The notes under the pieces are model-generated. The model was not told the origin of the DNA. It saw nothing but the letters and a program-made list of their open reading frames with translations, and searched no databases. The translations under genes and the position numbers were made by a program. A stretch of 50,670 bases of DNA from Octopus bimaculoides (taxonomy: Eukaryota): contig NC_068986.1 in the NCBI RefSeq assembly GCF_001194135.2, forward strand, positions 9,780,911 through 9,831,580, given 5' to 3'. How positions within the stretch are numbered: the first letter of the stretch is position 1; each line of letters opens with the position of its first letter. Of this stretch, positions 34,554 through 46,221 are shown one piece after another.

Positions 34554-35100
34554 GGATCTTTTTTAAAACGGGGGCCACATTTTTCATTAACGAAACACTT
34601 TGAAACTTAGAACACTGGTAGAACGTGTCATATAAAACATCTTTTTCTCTTAGTCTTCTTAAAAAAAAAAAAGAAATCCCCAAGTTATTCTATGTTAAAG
34701 TTGTCGTATTTCTGTAATTTCAACCAATCACTGACGTCCATTCAGCCGATATACATTAAGTGCCGACTACATAAACAAACGATTCTGAAACAATTAACCC
34801 TAACCCTAACCCTAGGGTTAGGGTTAGGGTTAGGGNNNNNNNNNNNNNNNNNNNNNNNNNNNNNNNNNNNNNNNNNNNNNNNNNNNNNNNNNNNNNNNNN
34901 NNNNNNNNNNNNNNNNNNNNNNNNNNNNNNNNNNNNNNNNNNNNNNNNNNNNNNNNNNNNNNNNNNNNNNNNNNNNNNNNNNNNNNNNNNNNNNNNNNNN
35001 NNNNNNNNNNNNAAGTATACGAAGTTTGAAAGTCTTTCCGTACCAAAAACACTACGTAAAACATTAATGAAAAATGTGGCCCCCGTTTTAAAATAGATCC
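34554..35100. mobile_element. MULE/Mutator-like MITE with 9-bp TSD and internal telomeric repeats
   Basis: TSD taacgtccg (34545-53, 35101-09). 37-bp TIR ggatct(t/a)ttttaaaacgggggccacatttttcattaa with 36/37 identity. Inserted into a family D tail. Confidence 0.85.
34795..34835. repeat. Inverted (TAACCC)3-(TAGGGT)n telomere-motif palindrome
   Basis: taaccctaaccctaaccctagggttagggttagggttaggg directly before a gap. Confidence 0.85.
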
Positions 35101-35261
35101 TAACGTCCGCTTTTCCTTACTTGCATGGGCCGGACAGGAATTGCTGTCACTAACCCTTCCTTCTTTCCGAGCAACATAACATTTCCCCATGACCAGACAT
35201 GCTTTTTAAGGGAAGATTGGAAACAAAGAACATTTCTTGCATGAGAGTGACACCGTCTTCC

Positions 35262-35292
<31 letters not shown>

Positions 35293-35397
35293 ATACTTGC
35301 ATACATAATACATACATACATATATACACACACATTCATACATACATACATATATACATACATACATATACACACATACATGTGTATGTATGCAAGT

Positions 35398-35432
<35 letters not shown>

Positions 35433-35489
35433 TATGTTTGGATGGAAAGTGGTGTTTATACGCATGTAGAAAGAGGGCTGTATTGACTG

Positions 35490-35725
35490 CCGTCCATAAT
35501 CGAAACCGGCACTGCTGATTTCCGCCGTAAATTCGGGGTAACTTCGGGCCGTCTGCGAAATGAGACCCGCGAGCTGGGGCTGGTTGTTGTAGCGAGTGTC
35601 TCTGGTCATTCACTGCGGCCTTGCCTTTGCAATCATATCCATGAGGTGTGGCCAGACGCACCATTTGTTTCTGGGGTGTGCAACCCGTACTTCCTTCCCG
35701 ACCCATCTTCTGGTACGTAATACCC
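35490..35725 (-). mobile_element. Diverged homolog of the 29438-29785 repeat
   Basis: See alignment note for 29438-29785. Confidence 0.5.
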
Positions 35726-36292
35726 ACCTCTTTTCTTTTTTTTTTTCTTGGTAGTTATGGAATTTTTTCTCGAAACTTTCGTCTTTTATGCTTTTAATGT
35801 TTTTTCTTTTGTTCCTGTAAAAATATATTAATCTAATAATGACTGTAAAAAGAAACGAAAAAAAAAAGTGCAATGAAAATTTTCCCATTGATTTTCCCAT
35901 TATAATGCATTCTGACGGGGGTTTTCTCTCCGAAATAACAACAGACATGTAACCTGTTCCCGTTTGTGCATGAAAATTTGAAAAGAAATATGTTAGGAAG
36001 GGGAGATAATTTCTACAAGTTAAATTTTCAACTTTTCATCTTAACCAATACCCGAGGTGCTGCCTATTTTCTTTGAATGCCAAATTTTCTGGAGATCGGC
36101 CACATATCCATCGCCCCCAATGTCGGAATTATGTTCATTGAATGCGGGCTCCTTTAATCGTTAGACTGAGATAAACATAATCATTAAGCAAGCCCTAACT
36201 AAGATACATATCCCCTCAATTCTGGGTCTAGTGGAAGTGTTCAGGGATGAAAGAGATAGTCCCGACAGATTTAGTTTACCGTTGAGTTAGAG

Positions 36293-36565
36293 CAGAGGTT
36301 CTCAAACTTTTTGGGCCACTGCACCCCTCATGGCCACATAATACCCCCAGCGCCTCACCACTATTTTTATGTAAAAATAAATATTTTATATTTTACTAAT
36401 TTATATATACTATGAATCATTTGATATTTAATATTATATACTTTGTATACAATACTATAATAATATAATAAATTCATAGCGTCCCCCAATCCACTGCCTT
36501 CCACCCAACGCCTCCTTTTTCTCTACCGCTCCCTTAGGCACCAGCGCCCACTTTGAGAACCTATG
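36293..36565. mobile_element. hAT-Charlie MITE with perfect 8-bp TSD
   Basis: TIRs cagaggttctcaaact / actttgagaacctatg. TSD agttagag (36285-92, 36566-73), close to the NTCTAGAN Charlie target. Confidence 0.92.
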
Positions 36566-36768
36566 AGTTAGAGGTAGATGCCCCGTATGTAAGGTCAATG
36601 TCAGTGCCTTATTTCTCTACACGTCCTTAATACTATGCTTGAAGTAGGGGGTCACTTCTGTAACCAAACAAAACAAAGTAATGAGATACTCTAATCTGTT
36701 GATAAATTTTTTAAAATGTCGTTAAAGGTGTAATAAATGTTGCATCTTCATATTAAAAATGGGCTCCT

Positions 36769-37447
36769 TTAACCCTTTCGTTACTCTATTCCTATTGAAA
36801 TGCACTGAAACCCTTTAAGGCAGTACCCCAGTACTCAGGAAGTAGTCAAATGCCTAAAAATAATGAATTTATTTAAAATCACTTTGCCATTATTAAGATG
36901 GTTTGTTGTTGGCATCTTTTTGTCTCCGGAGACAATGGAGTTGCGCATAAATTAATCCAGTTTGGTTTTTACATTTCATGTCCTCTGCAGTTTTGCGCAG
37001 GCCTGGACTAGATGTAAGAAAATCCTGGGTAGCCCAATCGTCAGGATTCCTCTCTCGACCTTACTGACGTAGTCCAAAGGAGTGCAGAACATTACGTTTG
37101 ACACCAGCTTGGTTGCAGGAGCTGCCTGAAGAGTGTCGAGTCGAACACTAAACCGCCTACGGGGCTCCACTCCGGATTTCTTTGAAGGTTGTCTCCTTTC
37201 CGTAACCCTGAATAGGGGCCCATACCGGGTACTGTCAGCCGGAGCCAGCTGAGCCCGGGACTCGTGTCAGGCAGGGTCGTCACTCCCTGAAGTAGGGAAG
37301 AAAATCGCTACCCACTACCTAAATTAAGATGGTATTTGGAACATAAATCACAATTAAATTTTGTTGGAAGGTTTTAATTTGGATCGTTTTAAAACGAAGA
37401 TTATATCATGGAACCAGGAGCGGTTTCCGCGGGTTGGTGTCAGAAGA
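36769..37447 (-). mobile_element. piggyBac-like MITE interrupted by an RTE derivative
   Basis: TTAA-ccctttcgttac left end. 37334-37447 is homologous to 17150-17260. Confidence 0.6.
36903..37322 (-). mobile_element. Bipartite non-autonomous RTE derivative (5'UTR fused to 3' end)
   Basis: 11-bp TSD attaagatggt (36892-902, 37323-33). RTE-type 5'UTR motifs (ggcagctcctgcaaccaagctggtgtcaaacg...ctcctttggac). Ends tccattgtctccggagacaaaaagatgccaacaacaa. Confidence 0.7.
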
Positions 37448-37798
37448 TCCTATTTTGATACCAACCTCAAACTAACTGAATTTAACGTTAATATATGTTA
37501 ATATATACTAGCATTTAAGGCGGTCAGCTAGTAGAATCGTTATCATGCCGGGCCAAATGATTAGCGTTATTTCTATTAGCCAAATTGATTAGGCGGGCCA
37601 AATGATTAGGCGGGCCAAATGCTAAGCGTTAATTTGAAACCAACGTATAATAACGGCATTACGTCGAATTTCTCTAAATTTTCCTTTATCTAAATAAACC
37701 TTCCACAGGTTGAATTGACAACAGCAACAACAATAAAAAGCTTGCTTTGTTTTGTTAATTGAGAAAGTTCTCTTCGTCAATGTTGAAATTCCTTTTAA

Positions 37799-38015
37799 GG
37801 CGGCGGTGAGCTGGCAGAATCGTTAGCACGCCGGGCGAAATGCTTAGCGGGATTTCGTCTGTCTTTTCGTTCTGAGTTCAAATTCCGCCGAGGTCGACTT
37901 TGCCTTTTATCCTTTCAGGGCCGATAAATTAAGTACCAGTTGCGTCCTGAGGTCAATCTAATCGACTTAACCCCTTCCCCCAAAATTTCGGTCCTTGTGT
38001 CTAGAGTAGAAAAAA
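37799..38015 (+). mobile_element. tRNA-SINE family B, CpG-rich (young) full copy
   Basis: ggcggcggtgagctggcagaatcgttagcacgccgggcgaaatg...gagttcaaattccgccgaggtcgactttgcc...aagtaccagttgcg. Confidence 0.9.
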
Positions 38016-38210
38016 ATGTTGAATGATATAATCAACATTTCCTTCGCTCCGGACATATGTGAGGAATAAAAATGATAAAACTGATAGCTCAGCCAGACCA
38101 AAGGTAAGAAATCCCTCGATTCTGCCCCATTGGCAGGGAACTTAAATCCTTTGTAGAAGTGAAAGGATTTTGCAAAAATAAAATCCGAGTAATATCACCG
38201 AGTTGCAATG

Positions 38211-38575
38211 GTCCAGGTTAGGTCAGCGGACTCGCGGTTTCGATTCCCAGACCGGGCGTTATGAGTGTTTATTGAGCGAAAATACTTAAAACTCCACGAG
38301 TCTCCGGCAAGGAGTGGTGGTGAACCCTGCTGTACGCTTTCACCACAACTGTCTCTCACTCTTTCTTCCTGTTTCTGTTGTACCTGTATTTCAAAGGGCC
38401 TGCCTCGTCATACTCTGTGTCACGTTGAATTACCCCGATAACTATGTTAAGGGTACACGTGTCTATGGAGTGCTCAGCCACTTGCACGTTAATTTCACGT
38501 GCAGGCTGTTCCGTTGATCGAATCAACTGGAACCCTCGTCGTCGTAACCGACGGAGTGCCACGATGACAAATGTA
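38211..38575 (+). mobile_element. tRNA-SINE family C
   Basis: B-box gtttcgattccc; tail ggagtgctcagccacttgcacg...ggaaccctcgtcgtcgtaaccgacggagtgcca. Confidence 0.82.
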
Positions 38576-38919
38576 TGTTTTATAACTCGTATAAACGTCG
38601 TTTACCATTATAATTGTAGAAAAATATTGGGCAAAAGATAACAAGACTAAAATATATATTCTTTATGTATTGCCAGACGAGAGACCTGCCAGCAGCCTGA
38701 AGTTGTGTTAGGGTATTAGCTAGTACTCAGTGGTTCGATTCTAAGCGAGGAATGAATGAGATTAAGGAAAGTGACAAGTTATAGCAGGGGAGACAACAAC
38801 GCCTTGACTGAACCTGCTAGAAGAAAATATTTCTGCTCATTATTAATAACATAATCCCAACTATTTAGCAAATTGTTAATCCCTTGGGCGTAAAATTCTC
38901 AGTATCATTTAAAATCTTT

Positions 38920-39600
38920 TCACAATTAATGATAAACTGTTTTAGTCTCCAAAGAACGTTGTAATGATCTGAAAAGATGATAATCAGGAGCAAGGTCAGG
39001 AAAGTAAGGAGCGGGAGGCAAAACTTCCATATTTAATGCCAGAATCTTTTCCTGAGTGATTTTGGTAAATATGTGGTCATCCAATATCGCGTAAGAGCAA
39101 CATCTCTTTATGATTGACCAATGATGATTACTTTTCCTCCAAATTTTTGTGCAATAATGACAGTACTTCATATTAAATGTCTCATTTTGGTTTAACCCTT
39201 CATGTAAATAAATGTTTATGTTGATTTAAAAATTTGCCAGCGAAATCTTATAAGATGACAATGTTCTAAAAGATGTTTATATGAAAATAACGTTCAATCC
39301 TTCATGATAGGCGACACCCTTCATATACCTCCAAACACAAAGCACAATTTTTTATGGATGCAGTCCTGGTTTGAGGATGGATGCTCCATTGTCATTTTCA
39401 TTGGATATGGTTATCGAGGACCCACTTTTCATTACTTCTGATGATTCTGACTAAGGAAAGTCGATTAGCAAATCTATTCTTCAATGGTGAGTAGAGGATT
39501 ACTATTTGATTAAAATGAGGAACAATCAGATAAGATGAACGCATTGACCAAGCTTAGACACTTTTCCTGTTCATGAAGGTGTTTTATGGTTGAAGTGTGA
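38920..39600 (-). pseudogene. Mariner transposase remnant
   Basis: ITSNEKWVL (TGDEKW-like), VLCVW..MKG, and MEVLPPAPYFPDLAPDYHLFRSLQ (YSPDLAPSDYHLF motif). Many stops and frameshifts. Confidence 0.85.
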
Positions 39601-40833
39601 CTCAAACTGTTTTGCTAATTTTCGTGCAATTTGCTTTAGATTTTCCCTCAATTTCAGATTTCAGAAGCTCAATATTGACAAATCTTGGCCGCCCAGATCA
39701 AAGGGAATCAAGGGGAAACTGCGAAAGAAAAATTTCCCGGACGCAGCTGGCAAAAGCTTCGTTAGCATGTCCGTGCGCTTCGAGATTCTATTCCATTGAC
39801 GGAACGAATATTTCTGGCCACTTCCATTGCTAAAAGAGCCTCTTTTGAATTTATACAACGTGTACTGTTTGTAATGGGTCTGAGCTAAACTAAATTTTTA
39901 AACGTAAAATCGTTAAGGATTTTGCCAAAGTAATCTGCTAAGAAAATATTGTAAAAATTAATGCTTCTTTAACTGTAACTATTGAAAATGTAGCCTCAAT
40001 CTGGGCGATGACCAGTAATAAAGTCACATGAAAAAAAAAAAAATGTCAATTAATTTATGGCATCTGGACAAAACCCCCACAGGACAAACCTCTTCGGACA
40101 AACACCTCCGAACAAAACCCTGTGAGTTTTTTCCTGTGACTTTATTATCTGGATTTATATGGGCATGTCAACATTGCGACAGGGCTTCTTAAACCAATCT
40201 AACACACACACATTCTTTGTGGCTAAAAGGGGTTTTACCTCTTATTTCTAGTAATGTAGGTGTTACCCTGTACCGTCAGTTACCCATTTGTGACAATCAA
40301 ATTTTTCCCTTTTGCTTCTATATTGCTTATAGCCACCTCCATTATTTTATAATTTCCCCATTACGATTTTGTTGAATCCTTCATTGATTCTTATGGTAAA
40401 TACTAAATACTGACAGTTGTGCTTTGACCAAACCATTCAGCGACAGAAGATGCATCACTGAAGCGATTTAATTTCAAGCGAAACTAGAATTCTCGATTAC
40501 TGTGGAGCGGTTAACTCCCTTGTCAGTACATAGACGTGTTTCTTTGCGGCTAAGAGTGTTTTTACCTCTAATTTCTAGTAGGAATCTAGGTTTCACGGAC
40601 GACCACAACAATACCAACAACACGAATAACAACGACAGTTGCAGCAGCAGTGACAACAACGGCAATAACAGCAACAACTACCATGATGGCAACACTGTGG
40701 GCGAACACAGAAACAGAGAGATACAGGAACTGAACCAAATTTTCGGGTCTTAGGACAGCAGCAGCACAATGGGGTGAGAGGATGGGGCTGAGGGGAAGGT
40801 CATACTACTGCTAAGAACAATGACGCGCGCACG

Positions 40834-40890
<57 letters not shown>

Positions 40891-41128
40891 TGTCGAGCTG
40901 TATATTTTCGGTTATGGTATTAAATTGGTAAGAGTGCCGACTATTTCGCTAGATAATACTGAAGACTCACTCTTCCGACAAACTGGTCGGTGGTGTATGA
41001 CCTCTTTTATCATTTTATCTGTCACCAACAATATATGCTGCACAATATAAAATTATAACCGAACCATTTTTCTTTTGGAGTGTTTTTTTTTCTTGACTTA
41101 CGGAAAGCTGACTGACTGACATACAAAC

Positions 41129-41166
<38 letters not shown>

Positions 41167-41167
<1 letters not shown>

Positions 41168-41724
41168 AATTCCCTGATGCAGTACCAGGCCCTGGCTCTT
41201 ATGGCTTCTCATCTTAACTGATTGGAAGTTTTATCATTGTTTTGTCTTGGTATAAAAGATGGCCTACAGCAAATATTCTGCTCAGTAACACAGATTTGTT
41301 TATCAGTTGTTTGACCTTAATCGGTTGATCATGTCCCTTACTGGCTGACGATATGTGCATCTCTGATCAGGAGCAGAAGTAGTGGAGGAGCATCATAGCC
41401 ATGTGTTGAGAGGAACTCTTTGGGGTTTGGATAATTCACCTCTCGAAACATGGATGTTTCTTTCACCATCCTTAAAACAAGCCTTATTCAGGGAATATTT
41501 GAGCAGAATGGGCTACTCAACCTGAAGAAAATTGCAACTAGACCCCACCTGCAAGGTCATGCGCTGTTTACCTTGATATGAGATCACGATGTCATGCACA
41601 TATGGTTGTGATGCATGTGCCTGGTGTACCCTTACCAAACAGGTAGTCATGATGGATGTACTGGGCTTCGCATATTTGTACCCCGGTGTCACTTTGATGG
41701 CATGCACTCAATAATAATAATAAT
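41167..41724 (+). mobile_element. Family F non-coding retroelement, near full length, (TAA)n tail
   Basis: ccctgatgcagtaccagg...gtcactttgatggcatgcactcaataataat. Preceded by (GTA)n. Confidence 0.78.
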
Positions 41725-41935
41725 CCTTTCTACTATAGGTACAAGACCTGAAATTTGGGGGTTTGGGGGGAAGGAGGCCTATTGATTAGATCGAACCCAG
41801 TACTCAACTGGTACTTATTTTATTGACCCCGAAATGATGAATAGCAAAATCGACCTCGGTGGAACGTAGCGCTGGACGAAATACCGCTAAGCATTTTGTC
41901 CAGTATGCTAACGATTCTGCCAGCTCGTCGACTTA
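41725..41935 (-). mobile_element. tRNA-SINE family B
   Basis: Reverse complement of the family B pattern. Confidence 0.75.
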
Positions 41936-41943
41936 ATGTAGTA

Positions 41944-41992
<49 letters not shown>

Positions 41993-41993
<1 letters not shown>

Positions 41994-42460
41994 TAAAAAC
42001 AGGGAAGAAAATACTTCTAGACTTATAGATGTAAGTGTTCCCACTGTTAAAAATATATCTGTAAAGGAATTTGACAAACTAAATAAATATAAGGACCTGG
42101 AATTTGAAATACAAAAGATGTGGCATCTTAAAGTGAGAACTGTTCCTGTTACTGTAGATGCAATAGGTATGATAAAAAAAAGGGATGTCAGAAACGTCTA
42201 GATAACATCCCAGGAAAACCATGTCTCAGAGAACTCCAAAAGATTGTGCTGACAAGTACTGCCAACATACCTTAGAAAAACCCTATCAGTTTAAATGTCT
42301 GTGTTGTATTACATGAAGATATTTCACTACTGCCCCTGCCACTTTTCCTCCCCAAGCTGTCAGTCATACTGTAACATTTCTTATCCTTCACTTGCCCCCA
42401 GGACGCTGGGTGTGACTCGGTAAGTGATTGTAACAAACATGCAGATTAAAAGTAGAAAAA
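41993..42460 (+). pseudogene. 5'-truncated R4/Dong LINE 3' end (RLE C-terminal half + 3'UTR)
   Basis: KNREENTSRLIDVSVP...DKLNKYKDLEFEIQKMW...VPVTV.AIGMIKK, then LQKIVLTSTA. Starts at (TAA)n. Confidence 0.85.
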
Positions 42461-42469
42461 AAATTATGA

Positions 42470-42655
42470 TTTCAAATTTTGCCACAAGGGCAACTTGGAG
42501 AAGGGGATTAAGTCGATTACATCGATCCCAGTGCGTAACTGGTACTTATTTAATCGATCCCGAAAGAATGAAAGGCTAAGTCGACATTGGCGGAAGGGAC
42601 GAAATGCTGCTAAGCATTTCGCCCGGCGTACTAACGATTGTGCTAGCTCGCCGAC
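42470..42655 (-). mobile_element. tRNA-SINE family B
   Basis: Reverse complement of the family B pattern. Confidence 0.75.
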
Positions 42656-42658
42656 TTA

Positions 42659-42704
<46 letters not shown>

Positions 42705-42730
42705 TTGAGGATAATAATGATAATAATAAT

Positions 42731-44745
42731 TTGATGCATCCTGATCCTTATAGACCAATTTCTGGCCTCCTGTTAATGTGGAAGTTATTTTCAGGAGGAA
42801 TTTCAGAAGAACTGTATAAATTCCTGGATGAGGACGATATATTACCGCCGGAACAAAAAGGCTGCAGAAGGAAATGCAGAGGTACCAAAGATCAACTATT
42901 GATAGACAAAATGGTAATGCAAGATTGTAAACGAAGGAGGACAAATGTGGGAATGGCCTGGATTGACTATCGTAAAGCTTATGATATGATTCCACATTCG
43001 TGGTTCATCGAGTGTTTAGATCTGTTTGGAATTGTGAGGAATGTAACGCGTTTCTCGAAGAGAAGTATGGTGAGATGGAAAACTGAACTAACATCTTCTG
43101 GGTATCAGAAGAGGGATTTTCCAGGGTGACAACCTATCTCCGTTGCTTTCCGCTCTCTGCATGATGCTCCTGACTTTGGTTCTCAGGAAAATGAACTTGG
43201 AGTACCAACCAAAGGAAAAATCTCAAACAATCAACCACCTCCTCTGCATGGATGATTTGAAACTGTATGGCAAAGATGAGACACAAGTGAGTTCCTTGGT
43301 GAACACGGTCCACTGTTTTAGTACTGACATTAGAATGAAATTTGGACACNNNNNNNNNNNNNNNNNNNNNNNNNNNNNNNNNNNNNNNNNNNNNNNNNNN
43401 NNNNNNNNNNNNNNNNNNNNNNNNNNNNNNNNNNNNNNNNNNNNNNNNNNNNNNNNNNNNNNNNNNNNNNNNNNNNNNNNNNNNNNNNNNNNNNNNNNNN
43501 NNNNNNNNNNNNNNNNNNNNNNNNNNNNNNNNNNNNNNNNNNNNNNNNNNNNNNNNNNNNNNNNNNNNNNNNNNNNNNNNNNNNNNNNNNNNNNNNNNNN
43601 NNNNNNNNNNNNNNNNNNNNNNNNNNNNNNNNNNNNNNNNNNNNNNNNNNNNNNNNNNNNNNNNNNNNNNNNNNNNNNNNNNNNNNNNNNNNNNNNNNNN
43701 NNNNNNNNNNNNNNNNNNNNNNNNNNNNNNNNNNNNNNNNNNNNNNNNNNNNNNNNNNNNNNNNNNNNNNNNNNNNNNNNNNNNNNNNNNNNNNNNNNNN
43801 NACACATGAAGAAGGCCGACATCATTAGAACTGAAAATTGTGTAACGAAAGAAAAATTTAAACAAGAAATGAACAAAGAAGAAAAAGCATGGAAGGAAAA
43901 GAAAACGTATGGTCAGTTTGCAAGAGATGTGAACGTTAAGACAGATACAAAGGACTAGTGGCTCTGGATGAGGAGAAGTGGTCCGAAGGTAGAGACAGAA
44001 GCACTCATATGCGCAGCTCAGGAACAAGCGTTAAGGACCAATTATATGAAGTGCAGAATTGACAACACAACCGATAGCGACAAATGCAGAATGTGTGGTA
44101 AGAGGGGTGAAACGGTATGGCACATCGTTAGCGAATGCCCGAAATTGACACAACGTGAATACAAAAGACACCATGACAATGTGGCAAGAATGATCCATTG
44201 GGAAATCATGGCCCACAAAGAGCAAAGACGTGGTATGAACAAACCCCAGAAGGAGTCACTGAAAATGAGAACTGCAAAATCTTGTGGGATGTAATGATCC
44301 AGTGCGAACACCTAATCAGACATAAGAAACTGGACATTGTTGTGGTGAATAAAAAAGAACATGTATGGGAATCGCCATAGTATACTCCAGTGATAACAGG
44401 ATCAATGTGAAGGAAGAAAAAATAAACAATTATGGCGATTTGAAGTGGAAAATACGAAGACTGTGGTCAATGAAGAGAGTAGACGTGATGCCAATAGTAA
44501 TTTGTGCAGTTGGAAGTATCATCACTCAACTACCAACATGGCTGAAAAAGATCGGTGCATGTGTGAAGGTAGAACACCTACAAAAATCAGCATTGCTTGG
44601 AACTGCAAGGATTTTTCGCAGGGATCTTGAAGCATGACCAGTAAACAAGTGTCACGTTAGTCTGCTGGCTGTGGACAGCTGACACTTTCCATCTTACCCA
44701 GAAAAATAAACTGTGAGTTTTAATACAATAATAATAATAATAATC
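42731..44745 (+). pseudogene. R4/Dong LINE, RT through RLE, frameshifted and gapped
   Basis: [84 protein letters not shown]. (TAA)n at both ends. Confidence 0.92.
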
Positions 44746-44999
44746 GTTGCTACTAAAAATAATACCCAAAAGCTTTCCAGTTCTAGTTTAGCGCGACATT
44801 TCAGGGATATATACTTGATAAGGACAGTCTTTGGTTTTTAGGAACATATATTTGTGGAACTGTACTAAAATAGACTTGGATAATTGGAGTTAGTGAAACG
44901 AATATGTAAATGAAATTATGACTCCTTGTAAACAATCCTAGTGTAATGGCTTCGAAATATTAAGCTGTCTAGCAATTAAAAAGCGAAATCTGTGGTAAA

Positions 45000-45390
45000 T
45001 GTTTCAAATTTTGACAAAAGGGTATCGATTTTTGGTGGGAGGAATGGAAGAAAAACGTTAATTGATGCTGACAACCCCATTATTGGACAAACATTTTGTT
45101 TTATCGACTTCGGAAGGATAAAGGGTGAAGTTGACCTCGGCTCTATTTGAACTCAGAATGTTAAGAATCAGAAGAAATCCTGCGAAGCATTTTGTCCAAC
45201 TCGCCATCTCAGTAACATCTGAAATAATCTTTTCTACTCTAGGTAAAAGAGGCCTGAGATTTTGAAAGGAACGCGGGTGGGTGGATAGGAGGCTGGTCGA
45301 TTACATCGACCCTTAGAGCTCCCGAAACGGGAATTTGAACTCAAAACGTAAACCCAGAAGAAATGCCACTAAGCATTTTGTCCGGCTTCA
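45000..45390 (-). mobile_element. Two degenerate family B SINEs
   Basis: Family B motifs at about 45000-45200 and 45230-45390. Confidence 0.6.
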
Positions 45391-45425
45391 AAAGAAAAGG
45401 TGGTAACCAATTCTTTCTTGTCCAC

Positions 45426-46221
45426 CAATCTTTGTGATTTGACGGCCAACACTTGTTTTCTTAACGAAACACTTTCAAACTTGGGACACTGGTAGAATGT
45501 GTCATACAAAACAACTTTTTCTCTTAGCCTTCTTAACAAAAAATTGTACATCGCAAGTTATTTCATGTTAAAGTTGTCGTATTTCTGTAATTTCAACCAA
45601 TCACTGACGTCTATTCAGCTGAATACAGTCAGTGCTCTTTTGTAAGCAGCCGGTGTTAAGTGTGTTATTCCCTGTGACATATTTCATCCAGTTTAATCGT
45701 AATTTATACGCATATATTGTTTATATAATAAATTACGCTGTGCGTATCTGTGTGTGTATATTTTTACCATAACCTCACTCATAACCCTAACCCTAACCCT
45801 AACCCCAACCCTAATCCTAACTCTAAAACCCGAACCCTAACCCTAAACTAGAGTTTGATTTGAAGAAGATTTGGCTGCTATTTCTAGGAAAGGAAGCACT
45901 TGGTGGAGGTGCATTAATAATTCAAGTATTTTGATGGCTTTTCCCCCTTTGTTTACGAACAGTCTAGTTAATCGGAAATGTCAGAACTAACGGGGATTAA
46001 TACCATATACACCGTCACAGCACAAACTGTATTCAACTGAATAGACGTCAGTGATTAGTTGAAATTATCGGAATAAGACAATTTTCAACGTGAAATAACT
46101 TCGAATACAAAATTTTTTATCTGTTCTATACCACAAAATATACAAGTATACGAAGTTTGAAAGTGTTTCGGTACCAAAAACACTACATAAAAAAATGTTG
46201 CCCATCAAATCATAAAGGTCC
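45426..46221. mobile_element. Second member of the telomere-repeat MULE-like family, with about 200-bp imperfect inverted arms
   Basis: Left arm matches 34590-34750 and right arm matches 35013-35060. tcaaccaatcactgacgtctattcagctgaatacagt is inverted at 46026-46062. (TAACCC)n at 45781-45847. No clean TSD. Confidence 0.7.

Noticed and set aside
37120-37170. CTGAAGA-gtgt/acac-TAAAC hammerhead-like motif
   Set aside because: It has TAAAC rather than GAAAC, no GUH triplet, and is antisense to the RTE derivative.
3917-38015. Functional tRNA genes
   Set aside because: All A/B-box sequences are SINE heads without a closed acceptor stem or a Pol III terminator.
39661-39858. FDLGGQD resembling the ARF/Sar1 G3 motif
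   Set aside because: There is no P-loop or other G motif, and a stop follows 6 codons later; likely chance.
7524-44027. Long ORFs containing X runs
   Set aside because: They span assembly gaps.
34795-45847. True telomere or chromosome-fusion site
   Set aside because: The arrays are short, lie inside a TIR/TSD-defined element, and have the wrong orientation for a fusion.
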